Below the pieces are notes generated by a model. That model ran no database searches. It was not told where the DNA came from and saw only the letters and a program-made list of their open reading frames with translations. From NCBI GenBank assembly GCA_963702845.1, contig OY969763.1:3168001-3232000 (forward strand): DNA of 64,000 nt, in the 5' to 3' direction. Source of the stretch: an uncultured Verrucomicrobiae bacterium. GTDB taxonomy: Bacteria; Verrucomicrobiota; Verrucomicrobiia; Limisphaerales; Palsa-1400. A program made the translations under genes and the position numbers. Shown piece after piece: positions 40,218-49,897 of the stretch. The first letter of the stretch is position 1. Each line of letters starts with the position of its first letter.

Positions 40218-42056
40218 CTATCGCTTAATGCCCGCATTCTTCGATTGCTGCGCTTGCTCCAAACTCGCTTGCGCTTGCGCGTTCTGCGGATCGAGGCGCA
40301 ATGCTTCTTTAAATTGCGCGATCGACTCATCGTGCCGGCCCACCCGGCCATAGGCATTTCCAAGGTTGATGTGCGTTTGCGAATTATCGGGCGCGATCTT
40401 CAGCGCGGCTTGATATTCGGCGACGGCTTCAGGCAGTCGGCCGGTCGCGAATAGCAGTGTGCCTATATTATTATGGACGTGCGCGCTGTTGGGTTGCCGT
40501 TGGAGCACGGCCCTTAACTCAGCCTCGGCGTCATCCGGTCGGCCCACCGCGTTCAAGAGTTGAGCGAAATCTTCGTGCACGTTGCTGTTACCGGGATCCA
40601 GCTTGATCGATTCGCGATATAAACGAATGGCTTCGTCATAATCGCCGCGACGCATCACCGCATCGGCCAGGTTCGCCCAGGCCATCGGCGCGGCCGGATT
40701 TTTCCGCGCGTTGTCGCGCCAGAGCATTTCAGGATTTGCAAACAATCGTGCGCGCGCAAACGAGCCCGCGGCCAGCGCGCAGGTCAAACACACGGTCACA
40801 ACACCGAGATTGAACGCATCCCCCTGCCCTTTCGCCGACCGGGCCGATGAACAAGCGCGAACCAGCTGATGCACGACAAGGCCTATCACCGCCACAAGCC
40901 CGATCATCGGAAAATATTGTAAATGATCCGCAACTTGAGTTTGCAGCAGGTAGGAAATCGGTATGACGCCCAGCACCGGGATCGCCATCACGGTAAAAAA
41001 TAGAAAGCCGTAAAATGGAATTTTCCCGACGACCGTGTTTCGTCGCAACCCCCACAAAACCGCTAACCACACCAGCCACAGCAACAGTGGCAACCACGTG
41101 AGGAAATTTTTCAGGTCAATCTCCCAGTGCGGATAAATTGGCATCAGGTTGATCGGCAGCAAAATTTTGCCGGTATAGAACCAAAGCGCATATCCGCCAC
41201 CAAGCACCCTCGTCATGAAGGGCGCGATCTCGCCGGCCTCAACCGACACCATCGCGCGATGGTGTTGAAACCAAATGCCCGCCAATCCCGCCGCCAGCGA
41301 TAACAGAAAAAACGGAGCCATGCGCGCCAGGTCCGCTCTCTTTCGCCAGCCGACCATCGCCAGCAAACCAAACGGCAGCATGACCACGGAGATCTTGCTT
41401 AACAACGCACCTGCAAATGCCAGCAGCGCGCATGTATATATGGCATTATCCCATCCGACTGCTTTTGGACCATTCAGCACCGGACGCGCGCGCAAAAACA
41501 GCAACACCGAGGCGAGCGCAAGAAAGGTCGATAACGTGTTCTTCAATTCCGCGACCCACGCGACCGTCCCGACGCAGACCGGATGGACGCAGAAGATGGC
41601 AGCGGCGATTCCTGCGCCAGGAAGTTTCAATCGCCGCAGTATCCGCCAGATCAAGAAAGACGAGCCGGCGTGCAATAATAAATTCAACACTCGATATCCG
41701 CCCGGATTGTCGCCGAAGAAACGCCACTCGAACCAAAATACTGTCGACGTCAGCGGAAGATAATCCACGTCTTTGCCCGACCAAATCCCCAACAGACCAT
41801 CCGGGGCGCGCACCAGGGAGTTGTTCGAAACCATGATCGCATCGTCCCAGATGAACGGCCCCTTGATCGCCGGCGCGTAAATGATAAACGCCAGCGCAGC
41901 CAAAGCCGCGAGCGCGAACATCATTCCGGGAAATTCTGATTTGGCGGTTGTCTGGCGGGAAGCCACGGGCAGCCAAAGTAAGAACTTAGCTAATCGGCGG
42001 CAAGCAAATGCCGAGGCAATGCTCACCATCCGCAACCGGCGCAGGATTGCGACCAC
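40218..42056 (-). CDS. TMTC-like GT-C membrane glycosyltransferase with TPRs, paralog 3 (divergent subtype; start uncertain)
   Basis: FIWDD, YLPLT, HPVCVGTVAWVAELKN, ADHLQY, TPRs. Confidence 0.86.
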   Translation of the reverse strand: MVAILRRLRMVSIASAFACRRLAKFLLWLPVASRQTTAKSEFPGMMFALAALAALAFIIYAPAIKGPFIWDDAIMVSNNSLVRAPDGLLGIWSGKDVDYLPLTSTVFWFEWRFFGDNPGGYRVLNLLLHAGSSFLIWRILRRLKLPGAGIAAAIFCVHPVCVGTVAWVAELKNTLSTFLALASVLLFLRARPVLNGPKAVGWDNAIYTCALLAFAGALLSKISVVMLPFGLLAMVGWRKRADLARMAPFFLLSLAAGLAGIWFQHHRAMVSVEAGEIAPFMTRVLGGGYALWFYTGKILLPINLMPIYPHWEIDLKNFLTWLPLLLWLVWLAVLWGLRRNTVVGKIPFYGFLFFTVMAIPVLGVIPISYLLQTQVADHLQYFPMIGLVAVIGLVVHQLVRACSSARSAKGQGDAFNLGVVTVCLTCALAAGSFARARLFANPEMLWRDNARKNPAAPMAWANLADAVMRRGDYDEAIRLYRESIKLDPGNSNVHEDFAQLLNAVGRPDDAEAELRAVLQRQPNSAHVHNNIGTLLFATGRLPEAVAEYQAALKIAPDNSQTHINLGNAYGRVGRHDESIAQFKEALRLDPQNAQAQASLEQAQQSKNAGIKR

Positions 42057-42358
42057 TTATCGCCGACGCACTTCTATTTAGTCACTTGATCGCCCGCCGG
42101 TAGCTCCAGCCAAAAACGGCTGCCGCGATCAGGAGCTAGTTACTGTTGAGCTTTCAACCGTTTAGTGTCTTCGAGAATCGTGACACTGATCATTGTCATC
42201 ATAGCTCTCGTTGGCGCTTTCTGAGGGAACGGCCTTATGGGTTCGCGCCCCCGCCACTCGGGCCTTTCTCGGTGGAGAAAGGGTTTATGCAATGCGTGAA
42301 AACGCGCCGCTATATAACTCAAAACCTCAAACAATTTGTGTGGGACAGAGGATGACGA

Positions 42359-44362
42359 TCACGCCCGTTCGCTCGACGGTCGACACAGGTTTCGTTGCAA
42401 CTGCTCGAGCACACAATGCATCTCTCGCGCTGAACCATACCGCTCCGCCGCATCCGGATGGCAGGCTTTCAATACGACGTTGTTCAACAGGAAAAAATCT
42501 GCCGGATCTTTCTCACTTAGTAATGTGGCAGATAATTCGGGAAACAACGCCGGGCTGCGCCCTGTGCTGATCACATAAAGGACCATTCCCAGAGCATAAA
42601 TGTCTGCTTGCGGTGTCCCCGGCCGTTCGGGTGCAGGCGGCATATAGCCGGGCGTTCCGACGAGCGTGTGTTCCTCGTTTGGCGACCGGATATAGGCGAT
42701 AAGTCCCAAATCAGCGAGTTTCGGTCGTCCATTCGCAAAGACAATGTTCTGCGGCTTGATGTCACGATGCGTCATCCCCGAGCGATGAATGAAATCGAGC
42801 GTATCAGTCAGAATTAATCCGATACGCAGGCACTCCTCAATCGGCAGCCGCCGCTGTGGTGCGCGCGCGCATTCCCGGCTCAAATCACGCGGCTTATAGG
42901 CATTGGGAAACTTCTCCCAGCTGGCTTCGAGCGAGTCTCCGAGTTCCATGACGTAGTAGAAATGGCTGTCGAATTTTTTACTAACGAACTCGACTCGCAA
43001 GAGACCGGAATGTTTATCGCAAATGTCGCGATAACGCGTGACGCCCTCAAACTCGCGGTCATAAGGTCCGGAATCGTTGTCGAACTTATCGAGACTAACG
43101 ACTTTGACCGCTCGCCATTCCCCCCGTTTATTTTGCGCCAGCCAAACGGTGCCATAAGCGCCTCGACCAAATGGCGGTTCCACCAACCGATAGCCGGGGA
43201 TCTCCGGAGCTTCAACAACTGGCGCGCGTTGATTTTCCGGCTGGATTGGTGTCGTCGCATCCGTGCGCGATGCGACCAATGTCCAGACAAAGGCGACGGG
43301 CAATTGTCCTGCAACCACCAGCAGCCACGGGAACCAATAATTTGTGGCAGAACTGAGCGCGATCGACAGAACGGTCACCAGCGCGGCGATGCAAATTGCA
43401 GAAACGCAGGCGAATCGTGTTCGCAGCTTCGGCAGACCCGCGCCGATCGCTAACGCAGCGAGCAGCAGGCCGATCCATTCCAAATACGCGGAACGACGCA
43501 GCCACTCGTGGTTCGTGAGGTTCAGAAACGATGCGATAACGATTTCTGTTCCGGCCGAAGATTCACCTGTCCAACGGCTATAAGGCGTCCGGAATTTATC
43601 GGGTTCATTGTCGGCAACGGACGTTTTCACTTGTGTGCCGATGAAAACGATTTGGCCACGAAAGAAATTCGCCGGCTGCTTGAGCGCGACACTGTAACTG
43701 AGGTGAGTCCATGGCGGTTCCTTCCCATAATAACGGAGCCAACGCTCATTTGTCGTATCGGGCAGTTTGGCGCCCAGCGCCCGAGCCGCCGTTTCTGCAA
43801 GACTCGGGTATGGGCCGGGCGCGGGGAATGGCCAATGATGTCGGACGATGTTGTCTGGATCAGGATCAAGCCATGCGACGCCCCAATTTGTCCCGGAAGC
43901 GCTGTAGAAAGGCTCCGTGGGAAGGACGGGGCGCACGCCGGCAAACTCGGAATGTGCCACCAGCGCTTGCTCGGCCATGAGCACGATATGCTGCTGCCGT
44001 CGCATCGCACGCGCGAGCGCTTCGTCTTTTTGCGCGTCGCGCGGCTGCCTAAAAAAGGAATCCATGACAACCATCGCGCAATGATCGTCCGCCAATTTGT
44101 TGAGCAGTTGTGCGTGTAACGCGCGGTCCCACGGTTCACCCCGCGTTTGATGGAGCGCGTCGTAAGACTCGTTGTCCATCATGATGAACGTGACGTTGTT
44201 GGTTGCGCCACGGTTGCCGAAGAAAAATGAGTAGTCGTAGCTGGCGTTAACGAGAGGATCGGCAAACGGAGCTTTCCAAAGCAGCAGGCCGCAAAGCGCA
44301 GTCAGCGCCAGTCCGATCAGCGATCGGACAGTTTTATTGCGCATCAAGCCGTGCGAATTCAC
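42359..44362 (-). CDS. CHASE2-domain membrane Hanks-type Ser/Thr kinase
   Basis: TM, PWDRALHAQLL/DPDPDNIVR/VFIG CHASE2 motifs, 3 TM, GRGAYGTVW, AVK, HRDIKPQN, DLGL, GTPGY. Confidence 0.92.
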   Translation of the reverse strand: MNSHGLMRNKTVRSLIGLALTALCGLLLWKAPFADPLVNASYDYSFFFGNRGATNNVTFIMMDNESYDALHQTRGEPWDRALHAQLLNKLADDHCAMVVMDSFFRQPRDAQKDEALARAMRRQQHIVLMAEQALVAHSEFAGVRPVLPTEPFYSASGTNWGVAWLDPDPDNIVRHHWPFPAPGPYPSLAETAARALGAKLPDTTNERWLRYYGKEPPWTHLSYSVALKQPANFFRGQIVFIGTQVKTSVADNEPDKFRTPYSRWTGESSAGTEIVIASFLNLTNHEWLRRSAYLEWIGLLLAALAIGAGLPKLRTRFACVSAICIAALVTVLSIALSSATNYWFPWLLVVAGQLPVAFVWTLVASRTDATTPIQPENQRAPVVEAPEIPGYRLVEPPFGRGAYGTVWLAQNKRGEWRAVKVVSLDKFDNDSGPYDREFEGVTRYRDICDKHSGLLRVEFVSKKFDSHFYYVMELGDSLEASWEKFPNAYKPRDLSRECARAPQRRLPIEECLRIGLILTDTLDFIHRSGMTHRDIKPQNIVFANGRPKLADLGLIAYIRSPNEEHTLVGTPGYMPPAPERPGTPQADIYALGMVLYVISTGRSPALFPELSATLLSEKDPADFFLLNNVVLKACHPDAAERYGSAREMHCVLEQLQRNLCRPSSERA

Positions 44363-44425
44363 CGTTGGTTGCGCGCATCATACCGGGGCATTCGAAAAAC
44401 GCATATTATAAATTCGACAATTTAG

Positions 44426-44454
44426 TTGAAAGAAAGAGCAGTTTTCCAACGTAT
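44426..44454 (+). promoter_or_regulatory. Putative ECF sigma promoter of the lipoprotein gene
   Basis: TTGAAAGA-N16-CGTAT, identical motif and spacing at 49655-49683; followed by 5' hairpin CCTGAGGCC...GGCCTCAGG (44461-44490). Confidence 0.7.
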
Positions 44455-44500
44455 ATCCCTCCTGAGGCCATCTAACAACCCGGCCTCAGGCAAAACAACA

Positions 44501-45214
44501 ATGAACAACCGAACAAAAATAATGATGGGAATCGCCGCAACAACAGCATTGCTGGTGTCATGCTCGAGCGATCAAACAACGACCAAAGCACCCGCCACCA
44601 ACAAGACAAAGGCGCCCGTTGCGCAGGTCAATAATGTTGAAACAGTCCATGTAGGTCAGAACGTCACCTTGCAGACGAAAACATCCGGAGGGGTGCAGTT
44701 CCAATGGCTTAAGAACGGCAATCCTATTCCGGGTGCAACGGACAAAACCCTGACGTTGACAGATGTTCAACCTGCAGATGGCGGCTTCTATTCTGCTGAC
44801 TACAAAAATAGCGGCGGCAAAAGATTTATGTCGCCGACAACAACTGTGCAGGTAATAGCATTGGACTCTGGTGTTCTTACCATCTATGCACCTCCGACCC
44901 CCGGTATGGGAGGCTCTGGGACAGGTTGTCCAGGCACCTACGTCGGCCTGGTCAACTACACGAAAACTATCGCCAACGGCTGGGGGTGGAAGCCCGACTT
45001 GACCACTAACATTCATACCGCCTGCGATCCTTATATGAGCGGCACGAAAGTTGAATATCTCGGGAAATCAGCTGATCGCGGTTGCGACACGAATTGCGTC
45101 ACGATCACGAGCAGTCCTCCTTCGAGCACCGCTTATCGTTTTACGATCTATTTTCGGACGGGACCTGTCCCCACCACGAACTACCCGATCCAGTTGCACG
45201 GTTTTCTCCCGTAA
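44501..45214 (+). CDS. Lipoprotein with Ig domain and Cys-containing C-terminal domain
   Basis: Lipobox LLVS-C; FQWLKNG.PIPGAT..TLTL..VQPADGGFY; four Cys in the tail. Confidence 0.85.
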   Translation: MNNRTKIMMGIAATTALLVSCSSDQTTTKAPATNKTKAPVAQVNNVETVHVGQNVTLQTKTSGGVQFQWLKNGNPIPGATDKTLTLTDVQPADGGFYSADYKNSGGKRFMSPTTTVQVIALDSGVLTIYAPPTPGMGGSGTGCPGTYVGLVNYTKTIANGWGWKPDLTTNIHTACDPYMSGTKVEYLGKSADRGCDTNCVTITSSPPSSTAYRFTIYFRTGPVPTTNYPIQLHGFLP

Positions 45215-45230
45215 TGGTTCAGAATTTCGG

Positions 45231-45267
45231 CCCGCGCCCCAGCGCGAAAGGCGCGTTGGGGTTCGGG
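45231..45267. terminator. Stem-loop between convergent genes
   Basis: CCCCAGCGCG-AAAGG-CGCGTTGGGG. Confidence 0.5.
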
Positions 45268-45306
45268 TTGTTCAGGAGTGGGGATAGTTTACTCTCCCCA
45301 CTCTCA

Positions 45307-48300
45307 CTAAAATGACAGGCGCAGCTGAGTCATAAGCGTGCGACGATGAGGGAATTCTTCGTGTAGGTTCAGCGGATTCAAATGATAATCCTGATCCGCC
45401 ACGTTAAGCAGTGCTAACGTAACTTCCGCACGACGATGTAAGAAGCGATAACCTCCAAATATATTCATCTGCCAAAAATCGTCACCGGGTAGATCAGGAA
45501 CATATCCCTCGTTGTTTTGACTGTTCCAAATGCCTTCGGCCAAGGCGAAAAACCCGCTCGGATGATTGAAATTACTGCTCAAACGGACTTGATGAAGCAC
45601 GGCTTCGTTTCGATGTCTTGGTTGAAAATTACCGAACGTGGTGTGATCGGGCATCTGATAGAAATTTTCCTGAAACGTTGCATCGCTGACCCGATATTGG
45701 GCACCGAACGACCAAAGCGTTCCGACCAACTGGTTCGCCGTGAACTGAAGACTATCTTCGGTATAGTCGACTTTGTCGCGCATGCCTGATGGCCTGGCGA
45801 AGTCGAACTCATCGATCAAATAATCGTAAGTGTTGACCAGCTTGCGGACATTCGAATTCAGGATAGTTCCATAAATCGCCAGATAGGTCCCCGTCGGCAG
45901 TTTCTGCTCGAGGGAGAGGTTAAATGTCTCGAACGTCGCTCCCGCGCTTTCAGATGCTACAGATTCCGGGATGATGCTGCGAAAGGCCTGGGGGAAACCA
46001 GCCACCTGCGAGGGCTCTATTTGCAGGCTTTGGTCAAGCTGACTCCCTGCAACTGATGTCGTGTAAGCGAAGCGAACCGTCGTCAACTTCAGTGGTGTCC
46101 AGATCAAGCCAGCCTTGGGCGAGAATCGCTCGATCGAACGCTCAATACTGAGCAGCGGGCTGCCTTGGACCGCTTCCGGGAACTTCATCACGTCATACGC
46201 CAGGCCCCCGTCCAACTGTAGGCACTCAAGAACATTCCAGTTGTGATATGCATAAAGGCTCAGCCGATCGAAATGGGTGTGAATATCCTGATCAGCGACT
46301 GGAATGACGAAGGCGGATGCTAACATTGAAGGATACTGCTCGAAGTTTTTCGTTTCCTGTTCCCCATGCTGAACACGGCAACCCAACACTGTGTTGTGCT
46401 CGGCTGTCTGCCAGATCTGTTGAAGCTCGCCAGAATACAGCGTCAGCCTGTTTGTGAAAATCACCGGAAAAAGCGAAATATTGTCAGCCGACACCAGCGT
46501 TGGTTTTCCAGACGGGTCGTCGGGAAAAATGCGAAGGTAAGAGTTAATGCCACCTGACAAGAGGCCAAAATCATCATCCGTGCGACTGGCCAGAAAAAGG
46601 GTGTGAACGCCAGGACTCCATTCGTGATGGTAACCCAGATACGCCGTCGGATGCTGCGTCTCAAACGTTTGATAACGCAATGGATTTTTCGGATATGTAT
46701 AGTATTGAAACAGGTTGCCGGTGCCAATGTCAGCATCAACGACCTGGCCAAACAGAGAATCTTTGGGAGTAATCTGTTCCTTCAATGTCAGATATAGGAT
46801 ACGCTGTTCGTTCTGTTGGTTGGATTGCTGACCGCGATCTGAAAGATAATCGGCTCCCACGTTGTAGCTGAACTTTTCAGAGATGCCATATTGCTCCCCG
46901 CGCTGTATCCACGCCCCGCGACTCAGGTATGTCGTGTCGGATGTGACCCCAAGCCTGTTCTGTTCAAAAAACCGCGAGTTTTGATTCTCAGCCAATTCTG
47001 GCGTGAGCGTTCCGGCGGATGCAGGCGAAAGCAAATTAGCGAGCAGATACTCGATTCGCTTGGGCGTCTCATAGCGGCGAGCTAGCGTGTCAGGGTCAAT
47101 CAATTCGGCGTAACTGTTCGCCAGAAACAAATGCGCCGAATAATTCCCGTAGTCGTAGTTGACGCTGCGTGAGGCTTCACGATAGGCCACGTCATTCATC
47201 CCGGCATCCCGATAAATCGATGCCAGGTTCGCGCTGCGCACCGCCTGGTCCTGGTCCAGCAGCAATTGCGAACGGTAAACGCTCAGGTTGTTGTTCAGCG
47301 CTTGCGATGTTTCCAGATCGCGGATGGCGTCGTTGATTTCGTTCTTGTTGCGTTTGACCAACGCCGAATACAGCCACGCCGTCGGATCATTTGGGTCAAG
47401 CTTCTTTGCCAAACGCAGTTCTTTTTCGGCGCGCGGATAATCGTTCACCGTCGCGTAAGCCTTGCCTAAATAACTGCGCAATTCAGCGCGTTGCGGTTCC
47501 AGCGCAGCCGCGACTAACAAGTCATCCTTACCTGCTTTGATGTCGTTCATCTGGATCTTGCACAAGCCGCGTCCGAGCCACGCGTTGGCCATCGCGCCAT
47601 CAACGGCAATCGCACGATCAAACCAATCGATTGCTTCGCATGGCTTATTTTGGCCCGCGAGAATAAAACCTTTCAGTGACAATGCTTCCGGATTGCGCGG
47701 CGTGAACTCGAAGCTCTTGTTCAAGGCTTCGAGGGCTTTATCCGTCCGGCCAAAGCTAAATTCCAACTCGGCCACGCGCGCCCATGCGAAACCGGACTCT
47801 GGCGACTGTTGTGCCGCGCGCTTTGCCAAATCCAATGCCGCTTTCAGTGAAACGTCCGGAATGGCGCGAGACTGTTCGTAATAAGAACGCGCCAGCAGTT
47901 CAGACGTGAGCTTCGTCTCGCCAGAAGCCGGCGGAGCCTGCCGCTTGACCGCTGCGACGAGTGTTCGCAATGAGACAGCCCGCGCATCCGCGCCTTGCAG
48001 GGAGGCCAAATCTACTTGTGCTTTTTCAACCTGTCCGACCCCAAGCAACAAAGCCGCATGATAAATCGACGCGCTATCGGACGCAGGGGGTTGGCTTGGA
48101 AAATTTGCCAGCGCCTGAAGCACGTCGCCGCGCCGATATTCAATCAACGAATCAGAAAACGTTTTCTGTTCGTCATTACTGAAGTTCAAATCTGCCGGGT
48201 CCAGCACGACAGGATAATACAACGCCCATTGCAAAAGATTGTTCGCGATGAATCCCGTGCCGCGCACCGGCTCCTGGCCGACAGCGGCAGTTGCTTGCTC

Positions 48301-48942
48301 GCCGTTGGTCAGCACCAAAGTCGAATGTTCGTTCCCAAAACTCACCTTGCCATCGATCACTGACACCGTGCTTCGCTCCGTCTCATTCACTGCCAGCACA
48401 AACTCTGTGCCTTCAACCCCCGCGATCGCACCGCGCGTGATCACACGGATGCGCCCGGGACGGTCGCGATGAAAGAACGACGTGATTCCTTTCAGCAAAT
48501 GCAGACCGTTGTCGGCTCCAGTCTCATGCGGCTCCAACACCTCCACTTCGGTCGACGCACCAAACGACATGACGCTTTGACCCGACCATCGTAGGGCGAC
48601 GCGGCTGTCCGGTCCGGTCCGCAAACGATCAAACGCATGCAGCCATTGGTTCGTTTGTGCCACCCGCCAGTCCGCGGTGTTTCGCGCCAGCACCTGGACC
48701 TTGCCTTGAATCTCGACGATCCGAATTTGATTGGTTGCTGGCGACTCTTTCGCCAGAGCGGTTGTGACGGTTGATAAAATCAATGCAGCCGCCGCGTACA
48801 ATAAAACACATCTGCGATTGTTGGTTGTCAATCGATGCCTGTTGGTTGTCGCATGCAAAACACATGCGGGGTTGAGCGGCGTAATTTGCCGACCCGCGAA
48901 GTTTTTGCAATCCAAACCTGCCCAACCGTTCTTTGACTGCAC
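45307..48942 (-). CDS. FecR-domain + TPR + TonB-dependent-receptor-like beta-barrel protein (true start probably ~48830)
   Basis: Signal peptide; DRLRTGPDSR, IT....AGVEGTEF, VSVIDGKV (FecR-like); TPR block; FSPKAGLIW, LLNVADQDY, terminal LRLSF. Confidence 0.88.
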   Translation of the reverse strand: MQSKNGWAGLDCKNFAGRQITPLNPACVLHATTNRHRLTTNNRRCVLLYAAAALILSTVTTALAKESPATNQIRIVEIQGKVQVLARNTADWRVAQTNQWLHAFDRLRTGPDSRVALRWSGQSVMSFGASTEVEVLEPHETGADNGLHLLKGITSFFHRDRPGRIRVITRGAIAGVEGTEFVLAVNETERSTVSVIDGKVSFGNEHSTLVLTNGEQATAAVGQEPVRGTGFIANNLLQWALYYPVVLDPADLNFSNDEQKTFSDSLIEYRRGDVLQALANFPSQPPASDSASIYHAALLLGVGQVEKAQVDLASLQGADARAVSLRTLVAAVKRQAPPASGETKLTSELLARSYYEQSRAIPDVSLKAALDLAKRAAQQSPESGFAWARVAELEFSFGRTDKALEALNKSFEFTPRNPEALSLKGFILAGQNKPCEAIDWFDRAIAVDGAMANAWLGRGLCKIQMNDIKAGKDDLLVAAALEPQRAELRSYLGKAYATVNDYPRAEKELRLAKKLDPNDPTAWLYSALVKRNKNEINDAIRDLETSQALNNNLSVYRSQLLLDQDQAVRSANLASIYRDAGMNDVAYREASRSVNYDYGNYSAHLFLANSYAELIDPDTLARRYETPKRIEYLLANLLSPASAGTLTPELAENQNSRFFEQNRLGVTSDTTYLSRGAWIQRGEQYGISEKFSYNVGADYLSDRGQQSNQQNEQRILYLTLKEQITPKDSLFGQVVDADIGTGNLFQYYTYPKNPLRYQTFETQHPTAYLGYHHEWSPGVHTLFLASRTDDDFGLLSGGINSYLRIFPDDPSGKPTLVSADNISLFPVIFTNRLTLYSGELQQIWQTAEHNTVLGCRVQHGEQETKNFEQYPSMLASAFVIPVADQDIHTHFDRLSLYAYHNWNVLECLQLDGGLAYDVMKFPEAVQGSPLLSIERSIERFSPKAGLIWTPLKLTTVRFAYTTSVAGSQLDQSLQIEPSQVAGFPQAFRSIIPESVASESAGATFETFNLSLEQKLPTGTYLAIYGTILNSNVRKLVNTYDYLIDEFDFARPSGMRDKVDYTEDSLQFTANQLVGTLWSFGAQYRVSDATFQENFYQMPDHTTFGNFQPRHRNEAVLHQVRLSSNFNHPSGFFALAEGIWNSQNNEGYVPDLPGDDFWQMNIFGGYRFLHRRAEVTLALLNVADQDYHLNPLNLHEEFPHRRTLMTQLRLSF

Positions 48943-48988
48943 TAGTCAATAAAATTGCAAAACACCGTGGGGTTGCGATACATAGTCC

Positions 48989-49612
48989 ATGCCCAATCAT
49001 CGAGACGAGTTAATTCCTACGCGCGCGTCGCTCCTGGCGCGTCTCAAGAATCTCGAAGACCACGACAGTTGGCAGGATTTCTTTGATACCTATTGGAAGC
49101 TCATCTACGGCATCTGCGTAAATCGCGGGCTGACCCCAACCGAGGCCGAAGATGTCGTCCAGGAAACCATGTGCACCGCGATGAAGTCGATGCCTGGCTT
49201 CAAGTATGATCGAAGCGTCGGCTCTTTTAAGTCGTGGCTGTTGAATATGGTCCGTTGGCGCATCGCTGACCAATTCCGAAAACGATCGGTCGTTCGAAAT
49301 TTACCCCAGGATACTGGAATTGATGGTTCCGATGGCCTTGACGAACTTGTCGATAAACAAACCGAAGATTTCCAGGCGGTTTGGGATCAACAGTGGGAAC
49401 AGGCGCTTTTCGATGCCGCCGTCGACAAAACCAGGCGTGCGATCGACCCGGAAAAATATCGGGTGTTTGATCTCCTGGTGAACCATCAATGGCCCGCCGC
49501 CAAAGTAGCCGAAAACCTCAAAGTCTCTGTTGACCACGTTTATCTCGTCAAACACCGCGTGACTCAGCTCGTCAAAGCGGAAGTCGAGAGGCTCAAGCAG
49601 CATGTGACTTAG
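48989..49612 (+). CDS. ECF RNA polymerase sigma factor
   Basis: TRASLLARL, WQDFFDTY, EAEDVVQE, GSFKSWL, region 4 AAKVAENL.VS...VY..KHR; no anti-sigma gene adjacent. Confidence 0.93.
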   Translation: MPNHRDELIPTRASLLARLKNLEDHDSWQDFFDTYWKLIYGICVNRGLTPTEAEDVVQETMCTAMKSMPGFKYDRSVGSFKSWLLNMVRWRIADQFRKRSVVRNLPQDTGIDGSDGLDELVDKQTEDFQAVWDQQWEQALFDAAVDKTRRAIDPEKYRVFDLLVNHQWPAAKVAENLKVSVDHVYLVKHRVTQLVKAEVERLKQHVT

Positions 49613-49654
49613 CCACAGGGGCTTGAGGTCGCGACATTAGATTTTCCAGATTTT

Positions 49655-49683
49655 TTGAAAGATTCTTTGGAAGTCAGCCGTAT
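49655..49683 (+). promoter_or_regulatory. Second putative ECF promoter, downstream of the sigma gene
   Basis: TTGAAAGA-N16-CGTAT. Confidence 0.65.
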
Positions 49684-49820
49684 CCATGGTGTGGGCGATC
49701 GCTGTGCGAGGCCGCATCGGTGCGAGCCCTGCTAACGGGAAGCGCGTTATCCACAAATTCGCAACCTCGGGTTGGCGTTTGCGGAGAACGTCTTATGTGT
49801 TGCAAATGGGGCTGGGGAAA

Positions 49821-49897
49821 CTGTTGTGCTTCGGCACAACAGCTCCCTCGGCATGGCTTTTGATCCATGCTACTTGGACAACGCCGCTGCCAGCGGC
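49821..49897 (+). ncRNA. Candidate structured RNA (three consecutive hairpins)
   Basis: CTGTTGTGC-TTCG-GCACAACAG; GCATGG-N8-CCATGC; GCCGCTG-C-CAGCGGC; no family recognised. Confidence 0.3.

Noticed and set aside
49747..49755. Perfect DnaA box TTATCCACA near engB as oriC
   Set aside because: Single box, no cluster or AT-rich unwinding element noticed
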